Of a DNA stretch of 64,000 nt, positions 44,783-53,860 are shown piece by piece (within the stretch, counting starts at the first letter, position 1; the number at the start of each line of letters is the position of its first letter). The position numbers and the translations under genes were made by a program. The notes under the pieces are model-generated. The model was not told where the DNA came from, did not search any database, and worked only from the letters and a program-made list of their open reading frames with translations. The DNA comes from a virus (lineage: Duplodnaviria; Caudoviricetes). Where the stretch lies: positions 64,001-128,000 of the IMG/VR virus record IMGVR_UViG_3300037851_000542. The stretch is one strand, 5' to 3'.

Positions 44783-45252
44783 GATCCTAAGTTTCTTTCA
44801 AATGTTGTCTGTCGTCTTTGCAATTCTTTTTTTAGAGCGTTTGTTAGCTCCATTAACATTTCAGGCAAATTATGTAGAATATTAACACTTATTTCAAGTT
44901 GCTTCAATGTTTGATCCTGCTCTGACAGCGCACTATTTTGAGACAATGCATATACTGATTTTTCTTTTATAGTCTTTCCCTCTTTAATATTACTGCAAAA
45001 CCTTATAAGTGCTTGCTCGTGCTCTTTCTTTAAATATATTAAATTAGCATTAACTTGATTATAATACAACTGCACATACATCATATACCTAGCAGTATTA
45101 AAAATAGTTTCAGATAATTTTGTTGGCGACATATTTGTAATGTCCGAGCCTGAAAGTTTTAAAAGTTTAGTAGTTTCAGAATTTAACTCTGATGAGGATA
45201 TTAAATCTAATCCAGTGGCTTTTAAAGTAAACTCTACTTGCTCATCAAACAT
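44779..45252 (-). CDS. coiled-coil protein, possibly a UvsY-like recombination mediator
   Basis: All-helical 157 aa protein between recA and the helicase; the UvsY call rests on context and architecture only. Confidence 0.45.
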   Translation of the reverse strand: MFDEQVEFTLKATGLDLISSSELNSETTKLLKLSGSDITNMSPTKLSETIFNTARYMMYVQLYYNQVNANLIYLKKEHEQALIRFCSNIKEGKTIKEKSVYALSQNSALSEQDQTLKQLEISVNILHNLPEMLMELTNALKKELQRRQTTFERNLGS

Positions 45253-45599
45253 TACTTTACACCGTTAATAATGGTTTTTTTAAATACCGCTGTTGTCATT
45301 TTACTTAATTCTTTATCTGTTATACTACAAAAAGAAGCTCCTTCCAGCTCACACCACTCTTCTTTTAAACTATCTCGTCTTTTTTGTTTTTTAAAGTCTA
45401 ACTCACTTTCATAAAAAAAACTATTAAAAGTAAAGTGTTGCTGACCTTGTACCTCTACATATAAATTTAAACTTGGTATAAAGAAATCAAACCTTAAGAT
45501 CTGCCCATTATATTTTATTTGTTTCTGCTTAACAAGTCTTGTACGCGGAAACGCAGCTTTAAATAGCTTTTCAAAAGCTCTTTCGTTAGAACTACTCAT
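45252..45599 (-). CDS. small PD-(D/E)XK (Vsr/DUF559-like) endonuclease
   Basis: LRFDFFIP.LNLYVEVQGQQHF...QKRRD..KEEWC. Probable ATG at 45599 overlaps the recA stop. Confidence 0.8.
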   Translation of the reverse strand: MSSSNERAFEKLFKAAFPRTRLVKQKQIKYNGQILRFDFFIPSLNLYVEVQGQQHFTFNSFFYESELDFKKQKRRDSLKEEWCELEGASFCSITDKELSKMTTAVFKKTIINGVK

Positions 45600-46692
45600 C
45601 TTTAATAAAAGGATTAAAGATTTTAACATTAGGGCTGTAAACAATTCCTAATTTTTCTATAACCTGTTGTCTTAAAGTTTTGTACATTTCTTTATCTTGA
45701 AATAACAGTTCATACAGATTATTTATTCCATTAGCTTTTAGATCGTTAAAATAGTACCAAGCCCCACTACGTTCTATCAACTTCTCCTGTATTGCTAAGT
45801 CTGCTACTTCCATAAAAGGATTAACTCCTTGCCCTAATATTATTGGAATCTGTATTGATTTCATAGGAACGTCTAATTTATTTTTTTCTGATTTTACAGT
45901 AACTTGTTGCCCAATTACTTTATCACCAGGTCCTAGTATCTGAGCTGATTTAGATCTAGCTGTCCCACTCAAGTGTAGTAATGTACTTATGTGATGCTCT
46001 ACAGCTTTTAATTCGTATCTTTTAGTATCTGCACCATAGCCTGACATATTTGCTCTTACTTGATTCAGTATTACAAAGATACAGTTAGCGTCGTAACAGT
46101 AATCATTTAGAATTGGTATTATTTGTGATAAAAATAGTGCCTTTTCCGCCATTTTAGGTTTAGTTATATCAGGGTCTGCTTCATTCTTTTTACCCTCTGG
46201 TTGAGGATTCCAAGAAGGAAGAGAATCCAGTACAATAATACCTATTTCGTTAGTAGGAAGCATCTTACTTAAAAGATTTGCTTGTTCTCTTGGATCCCCT
46301 TTAATTAGAATGTTAAACATGCCTTTTTTGTCAGGAGTATTGAGTCCCATATTTACTGCCATACTTTTTTGGAAAGCTTTTTCAGCATCAATAAATACTG
46401 CCTTTTTTCCGTTTGCAATCACGTTGGCACACAGCTGCAAAGCTAGTGTAGTCTTCCCAGTAGAGTAATCTCCATAAATCTCTAGTAATCTGCCTGCCTC
46501 CATACCTCCCATCGGGGCGCTTATCACGTAGTCTAACCCTATGCTACCGGTACTGTAAACAATAGAGGGTCTCTCAACCATTTCCTCCAGCGTCTCAATA
46601 AACTTTATATTGTATTTATCACCAGCCGTTTTGATTATTTTGTCTAGTAGACTTTCATCGCCGGTTTCTGAATTTTTTGATTTTTTACTCAT
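45592..46692 (-). CDS. recA: RecA/UvsX-like recombinase
   Basis: STGSIGLD, GRLLEIYGDYSTGKTTLAL, FIDAE, IIVLDS, ILNQVR, KNK. Confidence 0.92.
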   Translation of the reverse strand: MSKKSKNSETGDESLLDKIIKTAGDKYNIKFIETLEEMVERPSIVYSTGSIGLDYVISAPMGGMEAGRLLEIYGDYSTGKTTLALQLCANVIANGKKAVFIDAEKAFQKSMAVNMGLNTPDKKGMFNILIKGDPREQANLLSKMLPTNEIGIIVLDSLPSWNPQPEGKKNEADPDITKPKMAEKALFLSQIIPILNDYCYDANCIFVILNQVRANMSGYGADTKRYELKAVEHHISTLLHLSGTARSKSAQILGPGDKVIGQQVTVKSEKNKLDVPMKSIQIPIILGQGVNPFMEVADLAIQEKLIERSGAWYYFNDLKANGINNLYELLFQDKEMYKTLRQQVIEKLGIVYSPNVKIFNPFIKDE

Positions 46693-47147
46693 TTTCTCTC
46701 TATGGTTAATGCGCTCTGTATTAAAAAGTCTAAATAATCCGGTGAATAGTTAACAGCTACTTTTCTAAGTACCCACGAACCTTTATCACTTAAAAGCCAA
46801 TTAAAAGATTTTAAATCTGTAAGCTGCAATTTATTAAAATTATCAAACATCTTTTTTAGAACAAACATTAAATCTCTATTAAAGTGATATTTATCTATTC
46901 CTTTTGCCTCGGCTTTTAATTGACACTGTTTCAGCGCTTTTAAATCGTCTGATTTTAAAGAACTTGGTAAAAATGTAAAAGACGATCCGCAAATCCTTGA
47001 AAGTTTAAAATAAAAAAAATCTATAAGTTGACTGTCTGTAATTCTTTTACTTAGTTTAACGGGCTTCAATACAGTGTAGTTTAAACTTTTAAGAAAGTCT
47101 ATAGCTGTTCTTTCGGTAAGTACCTCTATTTTATCTTTTTTTATCAT
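46689..47147 (-). CDS. hypothetical protein
   Basis: 152 aa ORF in the replication operon. Confidence 0.7.
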   Translation of the reverse strand: MIKKDKIEVLTERTAIDFLKSLNYTVLKPVKLSKRITDSQLIDFFYFKLSRICGSSFTFLPSSLKSDDLKALKQCQLKAEAKGIDKYHFNRDLMFVLKKMFDNFNKLQLTDLKSFNWLLSDKGSWVLRKVAVNYSPDYLDFLIQSALTIERK

Positions 47148-47157
47148 TTCAATTTCT

Positions 47158-48321
47158 CTAAGACATACCTTGTACCAAGAAGGTCAGGTTAGTTTCTCTT
47201 AATTGTAAACACCAAAGATTTCTTTCTGTATCAAACCCGATATTAATTGTGTCTTTTTTATCTATTTTGCTTAACACGTTCGTTAGTAGATAGGCATCTA
47301 CTAGACCTGTTATATCTTTGTTCAGGTTAATAGGTATATTAGATATCTTTCCATCTGCGCTTGATAAGTTTAACACGTCTTTGGCGGATTTGCCGTCTAA
47401 CTTTAATTTAAAAAACTTAGTTTTAGAATTGCTTATAAGACTTTTAATGCTTTCAGTAAGGGGTTCCAAATCTATCTCCCCTAGCACTTCAGGCAAAGTA
47501 TCAAACAATTCCATATAAGGTTCTAGATCTTGTTCTCCTGATGAGACTGGAAAGATCATAAAACTATTCTCAACTCTAACAAACACTTTCTTATTTTTTA
47601 CATAGAATAGTAATTCATCTGCTGATTTTAATATAAAAGACTCTAATATTTTTAGACACCCTGCGTTTACAGCTAGACTTATTTCCTCTACCTTTTCGCT
47701 ATTTAGAACTGTATTTACAACTTTAGCTGCAGTGGTAGAGTCAGTACTTAGAGTTAAAAACTCGTTGTTGCTGACTTTTAATAGAATATTATTAGCTTGT
47801 TTAGTTGTAGCATCTGAAGAGTATATATTTATTAACTTCAGGGTATTGGATATACCGCTACACTGCACCCTTACTGCTTGAGAAAAGTCTAAATTACTAA
47901 ACTCTTTAAATTCGTTTTTTTTCTTAGGTTCCGCAGAGGTAAGTAGTTCGAGGGAATAGACACTAGGTTTACTCTCAGCTTTCCATTGATGAATATAAGT
48001 TAGAATTAATTTGGATTCTTCTATATCAATTGTAATATCATTAGAAGATAGTGTGTCTTTCTTGGAAGAACTTGGCAACTTAACATTTATAAGCTCGGAT
48101 ACAGGCAAATAAACTGTAGTTTTTATTGAACTTTCTATTTCTATAACTTCTGAAAAGATAATTTTCAGACCAGTTTTATCTACTTGATTTTTATAATAAA
48201 CAGTTAGCTTATTTTGTTCAATATTTAACAGCATAAGTTCTGAATTATTGCCTCTAGTGAGTAAGGTTACCTTGTTAAGTAACTTTATAAAATCCAATAA
48301 CTTGATCTTAAAACTTTGCAT
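47158..48321 (-). CDS. probable DNA polymerase sliding clamp (beta/DnaN-like)
   Basis: 387 aa with a three-fold alpha/beta periodicity (e.g. LLTLSTDSTTAAK, VDAYLLTNVL..I...TINIGF, TFLVQGM end) and replication context; motifs are weak. Confidence 0.55.
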   Translation of the reverse strand: MQSFKIKLLDFIKLLNKVTLLTRGNNSELMLLNIEQNKLTVYYKNQVDKTGLKIIFSEVIEIESSIKTTVYLPVSELINVKLPSSSKKDTLSSNDITIDIEESKLILTYIHQWKAESKPSVYSLELLTSAEPKKKNEFKEFSNLDFSQAVRVQCSGISNTLKLINIYSSDATTKQANNILLKVSNNEFLTLSTDSTTAAKVVNTVLNSEKVEEISLAVNAGCLKILESFILKSADELLFYVKNKKVFVRVENSFMIFPVSSGEQDLEPYMELFDTLPEVLGEIDLEPLTESIKSLISNSKTKFFKLKLDGKSAKDVLNLSSADGKISNIPINLNKDITGLVDAYLLTNVLSKIDKKDTINIGFDTERNLWCLQLRETNLTFLVQGMS

Positions 48322-50717
48322 TATACTCCAGAAATTGTTGCTGCTAAATTTTGAATACCTATTCCTACAATATAGACATTTAAATCAGGAGCTAGGGTAC
48401 CTGATAGTGTACCACTAGCAGTAAGAGGTGTCAAATATATATTAAGATCGCTAAAACTAACAGTACCGCTTATAGTTGCTTCTAGATCCGGTACATATGT
48501 AACACCATTATAGCTCATATTTAAATCGTAAGAGGGTGTATCCTCTGCTATTATTTCTGCAGTTAGATCATTTAACCCGCCAATTGCAGTAATAGACGCT
48601 GAGAGATTTGTGCCAAAAGTAGCCACAGCACACTCTATCCCAAACTTTATAGCTTCATCTATACTGCTAAATCTCTCTAGATTATCTATAATACACGAAT
48701 TTGTATTTTGTTTTGCGTATAATAGTGTCCCGTCGTCTTCTAAATTATTGTAACTCTCTACAACAACTACCATTTTATTAAAAGGGTCTAATGTAAAAAC
48801 TTTATTAGCGTCTTCAGAGTAATAATATGTCAAATTGTCACCTTCGAAATAGATTCTTACTGATTTAACTTCACCTGTAAGAGTATTGACCCAATTTATT
48901 ATTGGTGTGCCTCCGTAGGAAGTAGTTGGGTTGCTGTAATATAGTGATTTAATTTCAGCATTTAGATCTGAGCTTAATTGAACACCTTCAATTTCTGCGT
49001 GTAAATCTAGTATTGGACTAGTCACTAAATCTATTCTGGCTTTATTATAGGTTATTGCTGGATCTGTGAGTAAAATAGGTAACCAGTTCTGATACTTATT
49101 AGTCAAGTTCCTAGTTATAGAAATTCTATTAGACGCAACGGTATACTGACCTTGCACTGCAACTATTTTAGCCTGTAAATCTCCTGCCTGTTGAGCACTG
49201 ATAAACACTGCTAAATCTTCAAAATCACTCCTACTATAACAGGTATTGGCATTAATCCTGGCTCTTAAATCTCTTACTGCAAAAGTGTTAATTAAAATAC
49301 TAGACTCGATAAAATAATATTTAGGTTTTATAGTAGCACTTAAATCCACAGGACTTATAGCTGCTATTTCCGCATTAAGCGGTGAGTTTACAGTCAAATC
49401 ATAGCTAGCGGTTAAGTCTAGTCCACTTTGTGTAGTATAACTTGCGCCTAGTGACAAGACTCTTGTACCGGTGCTATCTATTTCAGCATATAAGTCTAGA
49501 ACTTTATCAGACTCTATGGTTGCAAATAAATCACTACTTATAGTACCCTCAATTGTTGAAGTAAGGTCTAGTTGTCCTTGTGTATTTGAGGTTATATATG
49601 TGGATAAGTTTGTATAAGACCCTGTAGATGTTATAGTAGCTAACAAACCTCCTGAAAATAAATACCCTGAGATCGTAGCTGATAAATCATTGCTGGTAGT
49701 TGCAGAATAACTAGCATATAAACTTGAAGGGATTATAGCAGAGTAAGTAGCCGGTAAATCAATGGGAAAGTTTGTTACATATCTAGCATTTAAACCCTGT
49801 AAACCGCTATTGCTTGGAATTATTATACCACCTAGGTCTTCTGTATAATTCACGCCAAGGTTTCCTTCTATATGTGCATTTAGATTATTAAGCCCAGAGC
49901 CTAATCCTGTATAAATGGCATACAAATCCTTTTGAAAAACCCCATCTATACTTCCAGAAAGGTCTGAGGTGTTTACCCCTTCTATGTTTGCATATAAATC
50001 CTCTACAGATAATCCAAGAATATTTGCACTTAAAGTGATACCTTCAATAGGAGATATATACCCAGAAAGCTCGGCATATTGAAAAGCTTGATACTCAGCG
50101 TACAGATCAACTGGAGGTGATGGCTCTATGAACCCGTTTAAATCACCGTACCTTGACTGTAACGCCCTGTAAAAACCATTAAGGTCCTGTAGTGCTATAC
50201 CTTCAACAGAGGCTCCTAGGTCAAAATAGGAGCTTAAGGTAGGACGTATAAACGCTAATAAAGAAGAACTTGATGCTATAGTTGGCTGAATGTAAGCTAA
50301 TAGGTCTTGGGTGGACCTTTTTGGCACACCGTCGATACTCGCCTCTAAGTCTGGTAAAGTACGAGTATCTATTAAAAAAGCAGAGCCGTTTCCAAAAATA
50401 GAAGAACCTTGCGAGGTCTGTGACGCAAAGTTTGACCTAATATACGCACTCAGATTATACTCACTTGGTGGGATAAAAATTACTGCGTCAATAGCTGCAT
50501 TTAAATCCGGTAAAGAATTAGAATTAAGTAAAAAAGTAGATCCTATCCCAAAAATAGAGGATCCCTTATCTGTATTAGTATTGAAATTACTAGTTATGTA
50601 AGCGTTAAGATTCTCAGTTTGTAACTCACGACTAATACCATTTATATAAACACTTAGACTTCCAGTTACAGAAGACGTTGTTATAAAATTACTGTCTGCG
50701 TAGACTCCAGTAATCAC
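48321..50717 (-). CDS. repetitive virion structural protein
   Basis: 798 aa with about 40 copies of a (D/N)L-x-(A/G)-x-(I/Y) motif; AGGT RBS with GTG start. Confidence 0.75.
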   Translation of the reverse strand: MITGVYADSNFITTSSVTGSLSVYINGISRELQTENLNAYITSNFNTNTDKGSSIFGIGSTFLLNSNSLPDLNAAIDAVIFIPPSEYNLSAYIRSNFASQTSQGSSIFGNGSAFLIDTRTLPDLEASIDGVPKRSTQDLLAYIQPTIASSSSLLAFIRPTLSSYFDLGASVEGIALQDLNGFYRALQSRYGDLNGFIEPSPPVDLYAEYQAFQYAELSGYISPIEGITLSANILGLSVEDLYANIEGVNTSDLSGSIDGVFQKDLYAIYTGLGSGLNNLNAHIEGNLGVNYTEDLGGIIIPSNSGLQGLNARYVTNFPIDLPATYSAIIPSSLYASYSATTSNDLSATISGYLFSGGLLATITSTGSYTNLSTYITSNTQGQLDLTSTIEGTISSDLFATIESDKVLDLYAEIDSTGTRVLSLGASYTTQSGLDLTASYDLTVNSPLNAEIAAISPVDLSATIKPKYYFIESSILINTFAVRDLRARINANTCYSRSDFEDLAVFISAQQAGDLQAKIVAVQGQYTVASNRISITRNLTNKYQNWLPILLTDPAITYNKARIDLVTSPILDLHAEIEGVQLSSDLNAEIKSLYYSNPTTSYGGTPIINWVNTLTGEVKSVRIYFEGDNLTYYYSEDANKVFTLDPFNKMVVVVESYNNLEDDGTLLYAKQNTNSCIIDNLERFSSIDEAIKFGIECAVATFGTNLSASITAIGGLNDLTAEIIAEDTPSYDLNMSYNGVTYVPDLEATISGTVSFSDLNIYLTPLTASGTLSGTLAPDLNVYIVGIGIQNLAATISGV

Positions 50718-50730
50718 TGGGTTAATTTAC

Positions 50731-51966
50731 CTACCTAATACCTATGTTCTTAGCACCAGATACTGCTAAGCCTACTCTTTTCAGTCTGAGGTCTACCCCA
50801 CCTGACGTAAAAGTAGAGGTGATTGTATTTGTTTGTAAATCTAGCTGTTGTATCACTCCACTAAAAGTGTTTAAATCATATGTTGAAAAGAATAAAGTAC
50901 CGGATGTAAATGTAGAACCTGTAGTCACTTCTATACTAGCTATATCTAATGATGAGCCTGATATAGTTTCTAATTGAAAAGTCTTCACACTGCTTAATGA
51001 TATGTTGCTCCTGTTTTCATCCATTACACTTATTCCGGAATTGGTAGCCATAATTATTAAATAACTACTGCTGGTTGGAATAACTTCTAAATCGTTAATT
51101 GTATTTCCTGATATACTTGGAGTGGAGGTATTATTTATAAAATAATCTGGAGAAGTCCAGTTGCCAGAAGGAGTGTACTTAACGTATAAACCGCTTCCTG
51201 TTGGAGAGTAATAAACATCTCCTTCATTATTTAATTTAAGAGAAGTATTTCCTATCGCTGATCCATACTGAGTATAGCTCCTGATTTGAGTATCGCCTGT
51301 AATGAAATCCACTCCTGAAATAGATCCTAATGCTAAATCATTACTATAATTTTTACTAACTTTGTTTATATTGTTAGAAAGGATATTTGGAACTTGCCTA
51401 AAAGTAACTAGTGAAGATGCTGATATAGCAGCCGGACTTTCTGATGTAAAGTCATATAAATAAATCCCACTATTAGGTACAGATAGATAAACAGTTTGAT
51501 CTCCGCATATCTCCCTACAGACGCCAACATCAAGCAAGCCACCGGAGATTTTTAAATAACTTCTACTGGTTATACTATTACTATCAATAATATCTAATCC
51601 ATTGTCGGTTATTATAAACGCATCACAAGGTGTAGTAATAAGCCCACTCACTGTCCAGGATGTTTTCAACGGTGTATCAAAAAAGTCAATAGATTCAGTA
51701 GGTGTAATATAAGCTTTAGGTTTTACATATAAATCTATATTATCTAAATACCTTTCTAAAGTCCTTGTATAACCTACATAACCAGAAAGACTAGGGTAGT
51801 AAATTATTAAACTGTCTGTGCCGCTTACTGTAGGACAATTCCAAGTACCACTACTTGATGTAATACCTGACGCTAACGCACCGGAAGTTACAGTACCGAG
51901 TATTATAACATTTACTCCAGATACTGGAACATCGTTTAAATAGTTTAATACTTTACCACTAACCAT
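50731..51966 (-). CDS. virion structural protein (Ig-like N-terminus plus beta-propeller-like region)
   Basis: PVSGVNVII...TSSSGTW prealbumin-like start; NNINKV, TINDL.V, IMATNSGISV two-component-propeller-like blades. Confidence 0.65.
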   Translation of the reverse strand: MVSGKVLNYLNDVPVSGVNVIILGTVTSGALASGITSSSGTWNCPTVSGTDSLIIYYPSLSGYVGYTRTLERYLDNIDLYVKPKAYITPTESIDFFDTPLKTSWTVSGLITTPCDAFIITDNGLDIIDSNSITSRSYLKISGGLLDVGVCREICGDQTVYLSVPNSGIYLYDFTSESPAAISASSLVTFRQVPNILSNNINKVSKNYSNDLALGSISGVDFITGDTQIRSYTQYGSAIGNTSLKLNNEGDVYYSPTGSGLYVKYTPSGNWTSPDYFINNTSTPSISGNTINDLEVIPTSSSYLIIMATNSGISVMDENRSNISLSSVKTFQLETISGSSLDIASIEVTTGSTFTSGTLFFSTYDLNTFSGVIQQLDLQTNTITSTFTSGGVDLRLKRVGLAVSGAKNIGIR

Positions 51967-53860
51967 TCTTTCTAACGCCTATCCAGTTAATACGCGGTCC
52001 TTTGAAGTCTTCTGCTGATATCATTACAGCTATGCGCTCAGGGGCATTTAATAATGGACTTGATGAGTCTGTGTATGTCATTAGGCTTACAAAATTTGGA
52101 TAAATTGACAACGGGCTATCAAATGTAACACCAGAAATATCTGCATCACCTCGCAGTACTTCAAATTCTACTAAATTACTGTTTGAATTACTTTTCCATC
52201 TAAACTCTAACCAGACTGGATATTCATAAGCTCCAACTGTAACATTTGAACTAGTGACTAAAGTAGATATAGTAGTTGGGAAGGTGTGCTTATAAAGCCT
52301 AGTAACAAGTGTAGTAGATCCAAAAGAGTGTATTGTAAATTTATAACAACTATTATTTGTTATCGACCCTGTTCTATTAATTACAAGTTCAAACTGCTTT
52401 CTGTCTGGTGTGTCTGCACCAGAGCCGAAATTAGATAAATTTCTAAATAATACTCTTACTGCACCGTGTGTTACATTTTCTGAATTTTTAATATAGTATC
52501 TTAATTGCCTAAATTTTGAAGGTCCAGTAATACTGGCTTGACCTAAAAATCCTTTAACAGGAACATTAAAATAGTCTTTAGAAGAATTATTTAAAAAGTT
52601 ATAATGTCGAATTATAGGATTAGAAATGGCACTATCCCAAAGAGGTTGAAATAAGTTTCCTTCTATAGATCCTGATGCAGTATAACTTCCAACATTAGGG
52701 TTTATAATAGCTGCAAAAGTTGTAAAATCAGTATTTAAATCTAAATGAGAGGCGTTTGCTATGTTGCTATTATCATATACAATTTGATTAGAGTGTAATC
52801 CACTTGTTGGTTTAACTTCACTAAACTTTTCAAGACTTATGTTGTCAATTAAAGTAGCGTCACTAGATAGGTTATCATCTACTAATATGAAACTTGGTTT
52901 AAATGAATTATTAAAACTATTCCAATTAGAGGTGCCAGATGGGGTATAAATGGCACTTTGAATAATTTGATACGCTTTATTTTTAAATGTATCTAAAGTA
53001 TCCCCACTTTCATAAGGTTTTGAGTATAAAGTAGTAACAACTACTGGCAGCCCAACGTCAGTATCTCTATATTCCCAATCTAACCCCCACCATCTCAGTG
53101 CTTGGTCCGAGGCAGTGGTGGAATTAGTATATATCAACCTGAGAGAATCGTTAGTAAAAGCATTACTAAATTGTAGAGGTACGCCAGAATAAGCTTGATA
53201 GTAAGGTTGCTTTACAAAGTCTACACTGTGCCTATTAGAGTTATTTCTTTTAATTCTAATTGCATAGGTGTTTAGATCGATGTCTTGTGCAAATGCAAAT
53301 AACAACGCCGATGTATTGTTTGCAGTTAAGGGTACTCTATGAAGCCAAGACGCTCTACCTATTTTAATACCAGAAGCTCCTGCAACATTAGTCTCTACGT
53401 AAAGCCTAGCCTCAGAAGTACCGCTAACTCCTAATGAAAAAGATCCTAGGAGCCCTGGTGTAAGCCTGCCTGATGAACTAATAGAGCCCAGACCAGATAT
53501 GGTAAAGTTATTTAATGAGTCTGCGGTTTCAAAATTAATATTATTTAAAAGTGTTTCCCCAGTAATATTTAAATCAAAACCGGAAGGTGTAGGCAGTTGA
53601 AAGTCCATTGTCAAAAGATCGTTAGTGTTATCTTTTGTGTAATTAAATGCTGTTGAAGTAAAATTATTAGCAGCTGGAATTAACTTTAAATTATTTGAAA
53701 AAGAAAATGCATCATCGCTTATTGAATTTATACTTAACAACCCGCTTGTTATGGTATAAGGTCCTTGAAACAAGTTATTGTTATCTATGTAAACTGTGCC
53801 TGATCCGATAACAGGATACTGTCCACTTAGTGTGCTTGAAAAGTTAAATAATGGTGACAT
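51959..53860 (-). CDS. virion structural protein
   Basis: 633 aa Ser/Thr/Asn-rich, beta-rich ORF coupled to both neighbours. Confidence 0.7.
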   Translation of the reverse strand: MSPLFNFSSTLSGQYPVIGSGTVYIDNNNLFQGPYTITSGLLSINSISDDAFSFSNNLKLIPAANNFTSTAFNYTKDNTNDLLTMDFQLPTPSGFDLNITGETLLNNINFETADSLNNFTISGLGSISSSGRLTPGLLGSFSLGVSGTSEARLYVETNVAGASGIKIGRASWLHRVPLTANNTSALLFAFAQDIDLNTYAIRIKRNNSNRHSVDFVKQPYYQAYSGVPLQFSNAFTNDSLRLIYTNSTTASDQALRWWGLDWEYRDTDVGLPVVVTTLYSKPYESGDTLDTFKNKAYQIIQSAIYTPSGTSNWNSFNNSFKPSFILVDDNLSSDATLIDNISLEKFSEVKPTSGLHSNQIVYDNSNIANASHLDLNTDFTTFAAIINPNVGSYTASGSIEGNLFQPLWDSAISNPIIRHYNFLNNSSKDYFNVPVKGFLGQASITGPSKFRQLRYYIKNSENVTHGAVRVLFRNLSNFGSGADTPDRKQFELVINRTGSITNNSCYKFTIHSFGSTTLVTRLYKHTFPTTISTLVTSSNVTVGAYEYPVWLEFRWKSNSNSNLVEFEVLRGDADISGVTFDSPLSIYPNFVSLMTYTDSSSPLLNAPERIAVMISAEDFKGPRINWIGVRKNG

